A stretch of 63,601 nt of DNA, counting the filler, from Octopus bimaculoides (lineage: Eukaryota): NCBI RefSeq assembly GCF_001194135.2. It is 4 parts of 4 records of this genome, joined end to end, with 100 filler letters (N's around TTAATTAATTAA, not from the genome) between each part and the next. Parts side by side here need not be neighbours in the genome. Positions count along the whole stretch, not along the records: positions 45,157 to 59,779 come from NC_068986.1; positions 59,880 to 63,601 come from NW_026365855.1; 2 more parts are not named here. The stretch is one strand, 5' to 3'. The notes under the pieces are model-generated. The model had not been told where the DNA came from. It saw only the letters and a list, made by a program, of their open reading frames with translations, and searched no databases. Shown one piece after another: positions 49,950 through 62,828 of this stretch. The stretch's first letter is position 1. Each line of letters begins with the position of its first letter. Both the position numbers and the translations under genes were made by a program.

Positions 49950-52900
49950 CATATATTCATATATATATATGTATATATATGTACATATATACATATATAT
50001 ATATGTATACATACACACACATGTATATAAATATAAAACATTTTATAGTAACGTTTCTGTCTTCAAGCTGGAGAGAAAAGTTTTGATTATATTTACAAAT
50101 TCTCGCGGTAAGTGGAGTTGCTAAATATTAGACGATGAAACTTGACAGACAGGGAACCGAGATTGTTATTAAAGACAAGTAACAGATGTGATTGAAATTG
50201 GAATGACGAAATGAGAAATTCACATAGAGAGACCAATATGATACTAAATACTGTTATGCAAAGAATTTGACGATAAGCATTTGGTTAATGCTGTTGGATG
50301 TGCGACTTACTCACTCTTATGTATGACATATTCAAAATGAAGTCATCAGTTTAAGATGTTTAGAAGACATTGCTGCTGATATTGTAGAAATCACTATTCA
50401 TCTTTGGCGAATATTGCGATTTATAATTATAATTATATATTAGTAAGTGATACACCATAAAGCAGATTTCAATGTCATATAAGCTATACATATCAAAGAG
50501 AAAATAATAGTATACGAAACAGATTTGAGACGCTGAAAATGGAATTTAATGATATTAATGGTAATTCTTATCGAATGTTCTTAATACTGAAGCGAAAATT
50601 CGATTTTCTACTCATACAGGACATTATTTGTAGGATCTGTATAATTCCATGATTTTTCAGTTTGTGTTTTAGTTCGAATTCCTATTTTTCTAAACTGATA
50701 TAGTCGGCAAGCTTTGTAATATACTCATCTGGTTTTAATCCTTTATACCGCAAAAAATAAATTCGATGTTTATTCTAGTAATGATTTTGCATGTCTATTG
50801 AAAATAGAAATGATATTTTCTTCAAGTTTGTTGTTTCAGTGAATTTGACATATCTCAACAAAACATATCTTCAAACTTGACATTGCTCGATAAGAGACAG
50901 ATTGGTATATAAAACTGCTTTCTGCAATTAATCTAATGACATTTTGAGTTAATATATCTCATTGCGGCAGTAAGGTGATCAAAAAAGAATTTGTGATTAT
51001 AAATGATATATATAATTTATAAATCATATAAAACATGTTTATGGTTATAAATCTTTGTTTAGGATTCCCTCCTGTCATTGTTATGTGTTGTTTATGCCGT
51101 TTTGCAACTTTCGGTTCAGTTGAGGTGACTTACATCTTATACCTAACTGGGTCTTTGTACTTCACTTTTTAAGAATGTAAGGAGCAATGTGAAATGGCCT
51201 TCATGATCAAAATGTAACCGGACTCCAGATCGAAACTCCCAATCGCTCGATCCTAATCGTTAGGTCTTTATATATGACCTAGTGGTTAAGATAATAAGAT
51301 ACAAACTATCGTTCCCAATTAATTGTCTTTTTTCTGTAGCTGTTGTTCAGTGGAGAAAGAACAGTGCATTTGCTGTGACTGAAGCATCTCAGGCTGTTGA
51401 GCAGAGTAGAGAAAATAGTTTATGGGCAAAAAGCATGGTATGAGAGTCTGAAACAGAGAAATCTGCAAACGGAATCTACAAACATTCCTTAGTTTTAAAT
51501 CAGGCAGCATATTACGACACAAGAAGTATATGAAGATACCGCCGACAGTCTCCCAAAAAGTTTCGCTCAAAGAATCTCACACTCAGGCTTTTGCTCGAAC
51601 ACTTGACCTTCGCGGCGAATCACCTTGGAATGATTCCTAAAATAAATCTCTTAACTGCCCAGCTAGGTCTGCCTCCATGTCATGTATAACACCTGATAAT
51701 TCAAGTATTTTTACTGGGAGTAGAACGAACGAATATTTATATACTGAATATGTCTTATGTGAAGAGGAGTTCTACTTGTCAGCACTGATATCTCTTTGAA
51801 TAAATATAAACACTATATTTGAAAGAAAAGCATAAATACAAACGTGTTTTCACTCTGATGTTACGTTTATGGGAACTGAACAGCTGTACAAATTTACGCA
51901 AAATCAGTAGTTACCAACTTTTGAAAAACATTGTTTTTGTAATCAATATGCCCCATGACATTTTTGCACAATTCATTATCAATTATTATTCAATTAGACT
52001 TCGTGTCACTCAAGATAATGTTTGCAGGGATTAAATTTCAGTCATGATTAGGCAGAGCTCGTCTTTTCAAATTATCTTGACAACTACTCGCTTAGCCTGA
52101 GAGAAGTGTAAACCTTCACGACAGATTGTCTGTTAACTGATGGCCTCGATTCAGATTTCACCAGAAATATGCTATTGTAACCATATCAAACCTTGGCGAT
52201 GGTCAATGCAAAGAGATTCATGTAATGTAATATATTTACTTAGTAACAATTTCTCGCTCCAACGAATCGGTTTAAGTAGTGGTGATTTTATTCTAACTAG
52301 CAAAACGCTATAAAACTAAATATCCGGCGTAATATTTTGTCTGTTTTCGGGTTATTAAACTCATCTTTAGAGACGAAACACTTCTAACATTTACCGCCTT
52401 ACTCAGCTTCGATCTGCAACACGTTATACAGGTTGTGGTTGAAAAAATAGCTCTCTTATTCTACATGTCCATCGATTTGACGGTAAGGCTGTTAGGCAGA
52501 TGACAACAGTGTTTATATATAATTAATGGTTTCTCAATTCCCATCATGATTTGAACCGGTTTAAGTGGTGAACTGGCTTTTGATACAAGAATTGTGAATC
52601 GGGAATTTCTTCATTGCCCTCTGTACATTAAAAGTAATGTCAAACGTCACAAATCTCCCATAAACGTTAAGAGTGACAACGTATCTACGTATGGTCTGAA
52701 CGTAAAATCTGCTTTAATAGCATCAACCACATTTTCGAAAGATTATTATATCGCAGGAATCGGGAGCTGCTGAAAAGACAGTATAGAAAAAACGTCCGGA
52801 TCGCAAAACAAGGAGAGATAGTGACAGAATAAATATTAGAGCCAGAAATATCAGTTATGTATATTTTCTGAATCAAAAGAAATATGTCTCGTGTTTTTAT

Positions 52901-54163
52901 ATCTGAGTCATACGAGTTATGGTTGGTAATTTTTTTCCAATGAAATCCTATACGTTTCTCAAAAAATGAACTCCATATTGCCTACTACACCATAACTTCA
53001 CTTAAATTTTCACAGTGCTACAACGCTTTTGGTAAAATTTGGACAAGGAAGATAGTAGTGTTCTCGATTTCTCGATTTCTCAGCGAAGAGAAATGGTTTT
53101 AGTTCCATTGATTGAAAATAGGACCGTAGTTCGTTATAATAAAAGCTTACTTGAGTTTGCAGTTTATTTATTTGCAGTGTATACATCAATGGGGATACTC
53201 ATTGCATTTAATGTGCTTTTTTTTAAATGATATTTTTTAAGTTTGAGGAAAATGACAACGACATGTTGACTGATAACTCAATGGCTACATTCTAGCATAG
53301 AGTAACTTTGTTTCTGAGCAGCACGGTAACATTTTAAACATTCAATCCTCCTGAAAATTGCTCCATTAATTAGTTGCATATGATATGGTATCCCCTCTAA
53401 TTAAGAAACATTTTCGTATTCAGTTTAAATTATTACTTTTATGCTCTTTAATTAATTCGTGGTGTGATAGGTGCAAGCATATTACACCAGTTATGAATGA
53501 ATTGTAACTATACCCCGCAGAGAAATCCGATCCTAAAATGATTGGGAATGATGTTAAATAATTATATGTTGAAAAGTTCCCTAATTTAATTAATGTATTA
53601 TCATTAAGATATGTGGATATGAACACATATATGACCAGGGCCTGTATGTATCTTTGAATTTGCGATGTAGTATTTTAAATTCATATCAAGCACCGCAGCC
53701 TGTATAAGATCTTTTCACTTAATAGCAATTACTTCAGCATTAGGAGATTAAGCCTTAAAATCAACAAATCGGAAATATGAAGGCGTTTTCATGATAAAAT
53801 TAAGTGAGTAGTTGCTTTATAGTGTCAGAATCAAAAGTTGCAATTCTGCTGCAGGGGTGATCAACAACGAAATATCTTAGAAAGCAGAAAGTTTTATGAC
53901 CATTTAGAGAGATTCAACTAAATTATTTGAAATACTGTAAGATAAGATCAAGCATATGCAATTTATTTCATATACTGAATGAGTATTAATCTTACAAAGG
54001 CCACAAATTTATACACGTTGAAGATTTGATGGCCTGATAACCATATCGTATCAAATATTTACCCCAGATTTTAGGTAAATAAATCTAGGTTGACAATATC
54101 GCTTCATATTTTTTTATAAACACATTTAATCTCACCTGTTCATAAGCTTCAACGTCTTTCTTT

Positions 54164-54201
<38 letters not shown>

Positions 54202-54269
54202 TCTCTTCCTTTCTCTCTTCCTTTCTCTTTGCTTTTCTTTTTCAGTCTTTTTATTTCTACATATGTAGG

Positions 54270-54430
54270 CGCAGAAGTAACTCCGCGGTAAGAAGGCTGC
54301 TTCCCAGGCACATACTGCCGGGTTCAGTCCCACTGCGTGGCACCACTGCCGATTATTTTCTGCTATGGTTTCTGACTGACCAAGGTCTTGTGAATGGATT
54401 TGGTAGACACAAACAGAAAAAAGCCTGTGA
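54270..54430 (+). mobile_element. SINE family A head, diverged
   Basis: GGGTTCAGTCCCACTGCGTGGCACC and GTGAATGGATTTGGTAGAC motifs. Confidence 0.7.
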
Positions 54431-54457
54431 TTTATCTATCTATCTATCTATCTATCG

Positions 54458-54505
<48 letters not shown>

Positions 54506-54569
54506 GTCTGTCTGTCTCTGTCTGTCTGTCTGTTTTTCTGTCAGTCTGTCTGTGTGTGTATGTATGCAT

Positions 54570-54608
<39 letters not shown>

Positions 54609-54629
54609 TACACATACACACACACATAT

Positions 54630-54790
54630 ATATAGGGAGAATTCACAAAAAACAAAAAGACGAAGACAGGTAGTGTAAAAAACAAACAGATGTATTAGTA
54701 TAACGCTTGGGGAGTAAAAACGTCTTTAACGTTTCGAGCCTACGCTCTTCCACAGAAAGAAACAAGGAGAGAAGAAAAGACTGTGTAGTA
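54630..54790 (-). repeat. Short dispersed repeat, probably Penelope terminal-repeat-derived; its 3' end recurs at 32-72 (+)
   Basis: CCTGTCTTCG..TTTTTG..GAATTCTCCC shared between both loci; contains a hammerhead-like core. Confidence 0.55.
54723..54760 (-). ncRNA. Minimal type-I hammerhead ribozyme-like motif (Penelope-type, core variant CUGUGGA)
   Basis: 5'-UCUUU CUGUGGA A GAGC GUAG GCUC GAAA CG U U AAAGA-3': 5-bp stem I, 4-bp stem II, palindromic ACGU stem III. Confidence 0.5.
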
Positions 54791-55171
54791 GCTAGTGATC
54801 TATCAACACACACACACACACACACACACGTATATATATATATATATANNNNNNNNNNNNNNNNNNNNNNNNNNNNNNNNNNNNNNNNNNNNNNNNNNNN
54901 NNNNNNNNNNNNNNNNNNNNNNNNNNNNNNNNNNNNNNNNNNNNNNNNNNNNNNNNNNNNNNNNNNNNNNNNNNNNNNNNNNNNNNNNNNNNNNNNNNNN
55001 NNNNNNNNNNNNNNNNNNNNNNNNNNNNNNNNNNNNNNNNNNNNNNNNNNNNNNNNNNNNNNNNNNNNNNNNNNNNNNNNNNNNNNNNNNNNNNNNNNNN
55101 NNNNNNNNNNNNNNNNNNNNNNNNNNNNNNNNNNNNNNNNNNNNNNNNNNNNNNNNNNNNNNNNNNNNNNN

Positions 55172-55227
<56 letters not shown>

Positions 55228-55587
55228 CGTGCGTGCACGTGTGTCTGGGTTGATAGAAGGATCGATAGATCGATATGTGTTTATGTGTTTCTATCTCTTT
55301 TCGTCCCCCAACACCGTTTAGCAACTAGTGTCGCCCAAAGGATTGTGAGTAAATTTGACAGAATCAAACTGAATGCAGCCTGCCGTATATATAGAAATCT
55401 GCTCCAGAAGTGCCTACACTCATTTCATAAGGGCTATATGAAGAACAGGCTTTTCAACAGTATGTGTATGCGATTGAAGAGCATGCTCTCAAAACATTCA
55501 ATATTATACACTCAATATTATACACTCAGTATGTGCATGCGAGTGAAGGGCATAGCTCCCTAAACATTCAATATTATACACTCAATA

Positions 55588-55780
55588 AGGCGGCAAGCTA
55601 CCAGAAACGTTAGTACACAGGGCGAAATGCTTAGAGGTATTTCGTCTGTTTTTTCCGTTCTGAGCTCAAATTTTTCTCAGGGTCGAAGAATTAAGTACTA
55701 GTTGCGTACTGGTGTCGAACTAATCGATTGGCCCCTTCCCCAAAAATATCGGGCCATGTGTCTAGAGTAGTAAAGAATAT
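55588..55780 (+). mobile_element. SINE family C (internally deleted)
   Basis: GGCGGCAAGCTACCAGAAACGTTAG head; tail GTCTAGAGTAGTAAAGAAT. Confidence 0.7.
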
Positions 55781-56111
55781 TATACACTCAATATTACATA
55801 GCGGGCATGGGACAACGTAAATATCGATTGATAAAAGGAGAGGATTGTCATAGTTGGAACATTATTTATCATAAACCTGCGCAATCGGTGACAACCCAGG
55901 GTTAAACAAAAACCAGATGATTTTATGTAAAGTGTATAGACATATTTTCATTCATAACATTACGTGTACAGACTGTCCATACAAAAAGTTAAACTGCTGG
56001 CATCTGGTTTTTGTTTATTAGAAGTTCACAAGAAACATTTCACATACAACCACAGCTATATACTCTCACACACATACACACACGTACGCACTCACATATA
56101 TAAGTATGTAC

Positions 56112-56142
<31 letters not shown>

Positions 56143-57055
56143 TATGAAACATGAATGCGCATGTATATCTAAACATTGATCCTGGCTAAATCAGGTGCTT
56201 CACATATGTTATTATGCCACCAATTATCTGTTGATGTATGAGTCTAATGGCAAAAGTGTCTGGCGATTATGAACATTTATCGATGTACTGCTGCAGGGCT
56301 AAATAATTATTTACTCTTTAAAGAATATATACACACGTGTGTATGTATAGATATACAATTCAGATATATAATATATGGAAATATGTGTATATGATATGCA
56401 CACACTCACACACACACATAATTGTATGTGTGTGTATATATATATACATACATATATGTGAATAAGTACACATACACACTAATATGTTAATAGAATCTGG
56501 TGATGAATCACAGGGTTGCTATTCACTTCTGCGCTCTAGATATATTTTAGTTAATTCGAGATTACCTGAATGAGCACAGGTGACGCGAAACTCTGAGTAG
56601 CAAACGAATGAAGAGGCGGACACAACTTAATATCTAAAAAACTATATGTAATCTATCGAAGACACACACACACACACATACACACACACATGCACACACA
56701 CACACACACCCACACATATATATACACACACATATATACAAAGATGGTCATACACAGACACGTATACGATATAAGTAATGAGAAACGTAAACATTTTAGC
56801 ATTTAGTAAAGAGTGTGTATCAATTGAAATTTGTCAACTGACCTAATGGTTGACGATACTCCATGGTTCTCGTGGTGAATTATTAGGAAAGTAGAAATTT
56901 TCTAATTTATTTTCACCGACTAATATACATGTATGTGTGTGTGTGTGTTTCTGTGACTTTTTACCACTGAATTCGCTTCAATATTTCTAACATGTTGCAG
57001 TTTAACGACGTAATCTTCAGACCTTCATTACTGTAGCTATATATAATATAATTTC

Positions 57056-57110
<55 letters not shown>

Positions 57111-57819
57111 ACACCACATACATACACACACACACACACAACCATATATATGTATGTTTCATTCTAGTACAATTCTATAATTTTCCTGAAGCATTTTTTG
57201 ATACACATTAAATATTTAAATATTTATTAAAGCTTAAACAATGCAATTTGAAAAAATCAAATATTCTGGTCGACGGTAAGTACTATTACCTAGTATTTCA
57301 ATATTTCAAAGTCAGCTCTTTTTCTGCAGGAAATCTACAGAAAGAAGGTGCTGATAGGTAACTTCTCTGTAGAGTATCCAGCAATCAACATAATTCCTCC
57401 CTTGGTTTCTGGAGAAAGTCTCTTAGAGTTACGAATATACTTCTCTGTAGATTTCCTGAAGACAGCATCGTTACCCTGAAATATTTGAACATATTTTAGA
57501 TTTTAAAAATATTTAAAACATTTATATTTATATGTGTGGATGTACGGATTATCCAATTGTAACTAGAGCTTCATACACGTGTGCCACGACCGTTCTTAAT
57601 GATCCAGCAAACAATATGTTGAGTATGAAATCCGAGACGCATTGATTAATTACACATTCATAGGGAATGGTGAGTCACGTTGTTGAATACGTGGAAGACA
57701 TTAGCTAGACAAATATAAACAAATCTCTTTAATGTACCTGAAAAACGTAGATTTCACAAATGTTCCTCATTTACAGCAATATTTTTGTCTAATCTTACCG
57801 TACCATAAGTCCAGGATAT

Positions 57820-58030
57820 TCTCTTCTACTCTAGGTACAAGTCCCGAAATTTTGGGTGAGAGGTGGGAGGCAGTCAGTTAGATCGACCACAGTACGCAAC
57901 TGGTACTTAATTTATTGTTCCTAAAAGGATGAAAAGCAAAGTCGACGTCGGCGGAGTTCGAACTCAGAACGTAAAGACAGACGAAACACTGCTATGCATT
58001 TCGCCCTGCGTGCTAACGTTTCTGCCAGGT
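57820..58030 (-). mobile_element. SINE family C
   Basis: Reverse complement of the family C pattern. Confidence 0.75.
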
Positions 58031-58594
58031 CACTGACTTATAAGTCCAGTATAATGTTTTGCCACTATCATGTGGCAAATCTAACACCCACATGCACCTT
58101 TATAATTCAAATACACCCTCTCTGTGGGTGCATGTGTGTGTGTGTGTATGTACATGTATGTACATGTATTCATATATGTGGAAATCTACATCTATGAATA
58201 CAAGCTCCCAAACTTAATGATTTCGGATTCAATCCCACTGTGTGGCACATTGAGTAAGGGTAAGAGTTTCCTACCTTGTGAGTCGATTGGATTGATAGAA
58301 AATGAAAGATGACCATATATCTATATGTATGTATGTATATATGTATGTATGTATGTGTGTTTTTGCTTTTGCGTTTTACTTTCAGCAACGCTTAGTGACT
58401 AGGGTTTGTGTGTTTACATCACTGTAACTTACCGGTTTTTAAATAAAAAAGTAGAATGAATACTAGGCATTAAAAAAATTCTACTCGATTACATCCGGTT
58501 GACTATGATTATTAAAGGCACCAGTCCAGCATCACCACACTGAAATAATTAAAAGATAATACAATATATATGTATGTATGTATATATTTCTGGA

Positions 58595-58735
58595 GCCCCG
58601 CCTTTAACCGAATAATTTGACCCCAGGACTTATTCTTTGTAAGCTTATTACTTATTCTAACCGTCTCATTTGTCGAACCGCTACGTCAAGGGGAAGTAAA
58701 CACACCAACATCGGCAGCCAAGCGATGATGGGGGT
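58595..58735 (-). mobile_element. SINE family A tail fragment, diverged
   Basis: GACCCCAGGACTTATTCTTTGTAAGC motif. Confidence 0.65.
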
Positions 58736-58796
58736 GGGCCCTTCTTTCTCTCTTTTACCACATCCATCTCTCTATCTGTCTGACTATCAATCTATC

Positions 58797-58863
<67 letters not shown>

Positions 58864-59143
58864 TTGCTTATACATCTTCCATTGTCTCCAAAAAACAAAA
58901 AAAAAAACAAAACAAAACAATGTTCTGTTATAAACAAAACCCCCCAAAACACCTGTTTTTTTTAAAATAAATAAGCTAGATCTCTGTATTTTCAGTTATA
59001 TTTGACAAGTTCGAAAGACGAACGAAAGAGCTAATATATGTATAAAATAAATGAAAGAAGTTATTCCAAAATTCTGACGACTTTTATTTCAATATTTACT
59101 TCTGTACATCATATCACACCTAACACTTTTCACATATATACAC

Positions 59144-59177
<34 letters not shown>

Positions 59178-59644
59178 GTGTCTGTGTATGTGTGTGTATG
59201 TATGTATGTATGTATGTATGCATGTATCTGTCGATCTATTTGTATATTTATCGTAGCAATACTTTAGAGCAAATGTGTACTCATGGATTGATAAATCGAA
59301 ATAATTTTCCTAATGCATAATCTGAATACAATCATTGTTATATATCTTTTCCTTCACTAGGTTTCTCTGTGGGAAGCTATTTGCTTTACGTCGCGGGTAC
59401 ATCCACATCCTGCCTTATTGCAATGTAATAACAGGAAGAGTAAATCAACATGATTTTTATTGTTAATATGTCAGCTAATTTGTTATTTCTTTAATAGAGT
59501 TTATCGCTAGCAACGCCAATCTTGTCTGAAATGAGTAAAACCATATGCATTTCGATGCAACATGTCCAATATCTCTCTTTCCTTCTGTACGATAATTAAT
59601 TTTCTATAGAATAGATATTTTAGTTACAATACAAACCAAAATGT

Positions 59645-59701
<57 letters not shown>

Positions 59702-59779
59702 CGTCTGTCTGTCTTTCTGTCGCCCGTCTGCCCGTCTTTCTGTCGCCTGTCTGTCTATATATATATATATATATATATA

Positions 59780-59879
59780 NNNNNNNNNNNNNNNNNNNNN
59801 NNNNNNNNNNNNNNNNNNNNNNNTTAATTAATTAANNNNNNNNNNNNNNNNNNNNNNNNNNNNNNNNNNNNNNNNNNNN
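59780..59879. other. Artificial scaffold spacer
   Basis: 44 N + TTAATTAATTAA (59824-59835) + 44 N. Confidence 0.92.
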
Positions 59880-60989
59880 AGTGGGTGAGAGACACCTCAT
59901 AGTAGCAGGTGTCTGCCGCAAACATGCAGCACTGTGTGGAAATCTAGTGGGGGATGCAGACAGATCTAATCACACCCAGGTGTTTGCATGTCTACACATT
60001 TATTTAGAACGATCAGTGTTACACACATACATACACACACACCCACAGGTGGCTGTTAGAGCAACCAGGAAGCAAAAGTACATTGAGTTCAGAAATACAC
60101 AAACACACGCCCATACATAAACACATACATGCAAATACACACATACATACATACAAACACACACATACATACATTTTTTTCACCAGGAAGAGAAAACAGT
60201 TGTACTGCATTATACCTTAGGCAACTACCTTCTANNNNNNNNNNNNNNNNNNNNNNNNNNNNNNNNNNNNNNNNNNNNNNNNNNNNNNNNNNNNNNNNNN
60301 NNNNNNNNNNNNNNNNNNNNNNNNNNNNNNNNNNNNNNNNNNNNNNNNNNNNNNNNNNNNNNNNNNNNNNNNNNNNNNNNNNNNNNNNNNNNNNNNNNNN
60401 NNNNNNNNNNNNNNNNNNNNNNNNNNNNNNNNNNNNNNNNNNNNNNNNNNNNNNNNNNNNNNNNNNNNNNNNNNNNNNNNNNNNNNNNNNNNNNNNNNNN
60501 NNNNNNNNNNNNNNNNNNNNNNNNNNNNNNNNNNNNNNNNNNNNNNNNNNNNNNNNNNNNNNNNNNNNNNNNNNNNNNNNNNNNNNNNNNNNNNNNNNNN
60601 NNNNNNNNNNNNNNNNNNNNNNNNNNNNNNNNNNNNNNNNNNNNNNNNNNNNNNNNNNNNNNNNNNNNNNNNNNNNNNNNNNNNNNNNNNNNNNNNNNNN
60701 NNNNNNNNNNNNNNNNNNNNNNNNNNNNNNNNNNNNNNNNNNNNNNNNNNNNNNNNNNNNNNNNNNNNNNNNNNNNNNNNNNNNNNNNNNNNNNNNNNNN
60801 NNNNNNNNNNNNNGTACCACTCAGGTGACAACCTTCCAGTCCATGGGTCTGTTTTGAGTAGTCATTGTCGGGAAGGGTTTTACAAGGTCAGAGTGCAAAT
60901 CCTAGCCTTAACCTCTTTTAGTTGCTCCCATCCTTACAACAATGTTTGAGCATTCAGCTTTTTGCTGAAAAACCTGCACAAATGCTATG

Positions 60990-61215
60990 TTTATAGTGAT
61001 CAAATGTCATGTCGCGCATTAGCTCACTCTGTCCATCAAATTAACATTATCTGAATAGGTGCAGTGTACCACGTGTCAGGTGTCAAAGTGACCACAGAGC
61101 AATGAGACGAGGAGTTTTGCTCAAGAACACAACGCGCTACCTGGTCTAGAAATTGAAACCACGAATGAAATTGCAATTGAAACACTAAGCTGTATGCCTA
61201 ACCAGTAAGCCATGT
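60990..61215 (-). mobile_element. Probable tRNA-derived SINE (further family)
   Basis: B-box-like GGTTTCAATTTC followed by GTTGTGTTCTTGAGCAA on the minus strand. Confidence 0.45.
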
Positions 61216-61599
61216 GCCCTCATATATACACACATAGATTTACACGCAAGTATATGCAATTCATATACACAGAAAAACACACATGCATACACACTCACCC
61301 ACATTGGCTAATTCTTTTCTTGCAACAGACAAATCTCATTCTAGACATCTAGAACAATTCTGGGTATGTAGTTTTTATTCATGAGGACTTTCATATATAT
61401 TTCATTCACACAAAACACAATTCTTATGCAGTCATTTCATTAAGAACCTGTTTGCTGTTATCAACATCTCCTTTCAACGACAGATCATGCCACGTGTACA
61501 CACACTTTGCAGTAGAACCTCTTGAAATATAATAAATATGGGTGCAGCCCAATAATTGAACAGAGAAGTTAAAGCAATACAAAATAACAGGAATTTTCT

Positions 61600-62082
61600 G
61601 AGGGTTGATCCCTTGCAGTATCTCGTGAATGGATTGTGGGGCAAGTTGGGGGGCACCATCTTTGACCCTTCAGCAGTTAAAGGGACTATATCTGACCTAC
61701 TAATCCCTGATTGTAATCCCATGGATTACTTACGGTGTGCAGCTGAAAAAGACACCCAACCGTTCTGCCTGCAACAACAGGGCTGAGCTGGTGGCCAAGA
61801 TCAGGCAGGTGTCAAAGATCTTTTCCAGAGATACACTGAGGAATGCTATTCCGGGTTCTGGAGTCATCTTGAGGACATAGTGGAAGCTGAAGATGGCTGC
61901 TTTGGGTAACTTATCTCAATGCTATTCCGGGTTCTGGAGCCATCTTGAGGACATAGTGGAAGCTGAAGATGGCTGCTTTGGGTAAATTATCTCAATGCTA
62001 TTCCGGGTTCTGGAGCCATCTTGAGGACATAGTGGAAGCTGAAGATGGCTGCTTTGGGTAAATTATCTCCCAGCCATAATCT
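61600..62082 (+). mobile_element. 3' part of a maT/rosa-like transposon related to 135-1001
   Basis: AATCCCTGATTGTAATCCCATGGATTAC aligns with AATTCCCCCAATTGTAATCCAATAGATTAT (about 685-712); downstream GAGCTG.TGG.CAA.ATCA.G is also shared. Confidence 0.7.
61842..62069. repeat. 76-bp tandem repeat, 3 near-identical copies
   Basis: Units start at 61842, 61918 and 61994. Confidence 0.95.
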
Positions 62083-62689
62083 NNNNNNNNNNNNNNNNNN
62101 NNNNNNNNNNNNNNNNNNNNNNNNNNNNNNNNNNNNNNNNNNNNNNNNNNNNNNNNNNNNNNNNNNNNNNNNNNNNNNNNNNNNNNNNNNNNNNNNNNNN
62201 NNNNNNNNNNNNNNNNNNNNNNNNNNNNNNNNNNNNNNNNNNNNNNNNNNNNNNNNNNNNNNNNNNNNNNNNNNNNNNNNNNNNNNNNNNNNNNNNNNNN
62301 NNNNNNNNNNNNNNNNNNNNNNNNNNNNNNNNNNNNNNNNNNNNNNNNNNNNNNNNNNNNNNNNNNNNNNNNNNNNNNNNNNNNNNNNNNNNNNNNNNNN
62401 NNNNNNNNNNNNNNNNNNNNNNNNNNNNNNNNNNNNNNNNNNNNNNNNNNNNNNNNNNNNNNNNNNNNNNNNNNNNNNNNNNNNNNNNNNNNNNNNNNNN
62501 NNNNNNNNNNNNNNNNNNNNNNNNNNNNNNNNNNNNNNNNNNNNNNNNNNNNNNNNNNNNNNNNNNNNNNNNNNNNNNNNNNNNNNNNNNNNNNNNNNNN
62601 NNNNNNNNNNNNNNNNNNNNNNNNNNNNNNNNNNNNNNNNNNNNNNNNNNNNNNNNNNNNNNNNNNNNNNNNNNNNNNNNNNNNNNNNN

Positions 62690-62828
62690 GTAACTTAGCG
62701 GTTCGGCAAAAAGAGACCGATAGAATAAGTACTAGGCCTACAAAGAATAAGTCCTGGGATCGATTTGCTCGACTAAAGGCGGTGCTCCAGCATGGCCGCA
62801 GTCAAATGACTGAAACAAGTAAAAAAGA
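62690..62828 (+). mobile_element. SINE family A tail (head in gap)
   Basis: Alignment to family A. Confidence 0.85.

Noticed and set aside
51319-51640. 83-aa minus ORF and a plus-strand exon candidate at 51339-51436
   Set aside because: No recognisable domain; another frame weakly resembles a decayed CR1/L2 LINE end.
53016-53100. CYNAFG peptide resembling an Ig-domain end
   Set aside because: Spacing does not fit the YxCxAxNxxG motif, and the frame closes soon after.
56566-56600. Second hammerhead-like string CTGAATGA...GAAACTCTGAGTA
   Set aside because: Extra base in the core, and stems I and II do not pair convincingly.
61842-62069. Regular repeats as a possible CRISPR array
   Set aside because: Head-to-tail units without unique spacers, animal genome, no cas genes.
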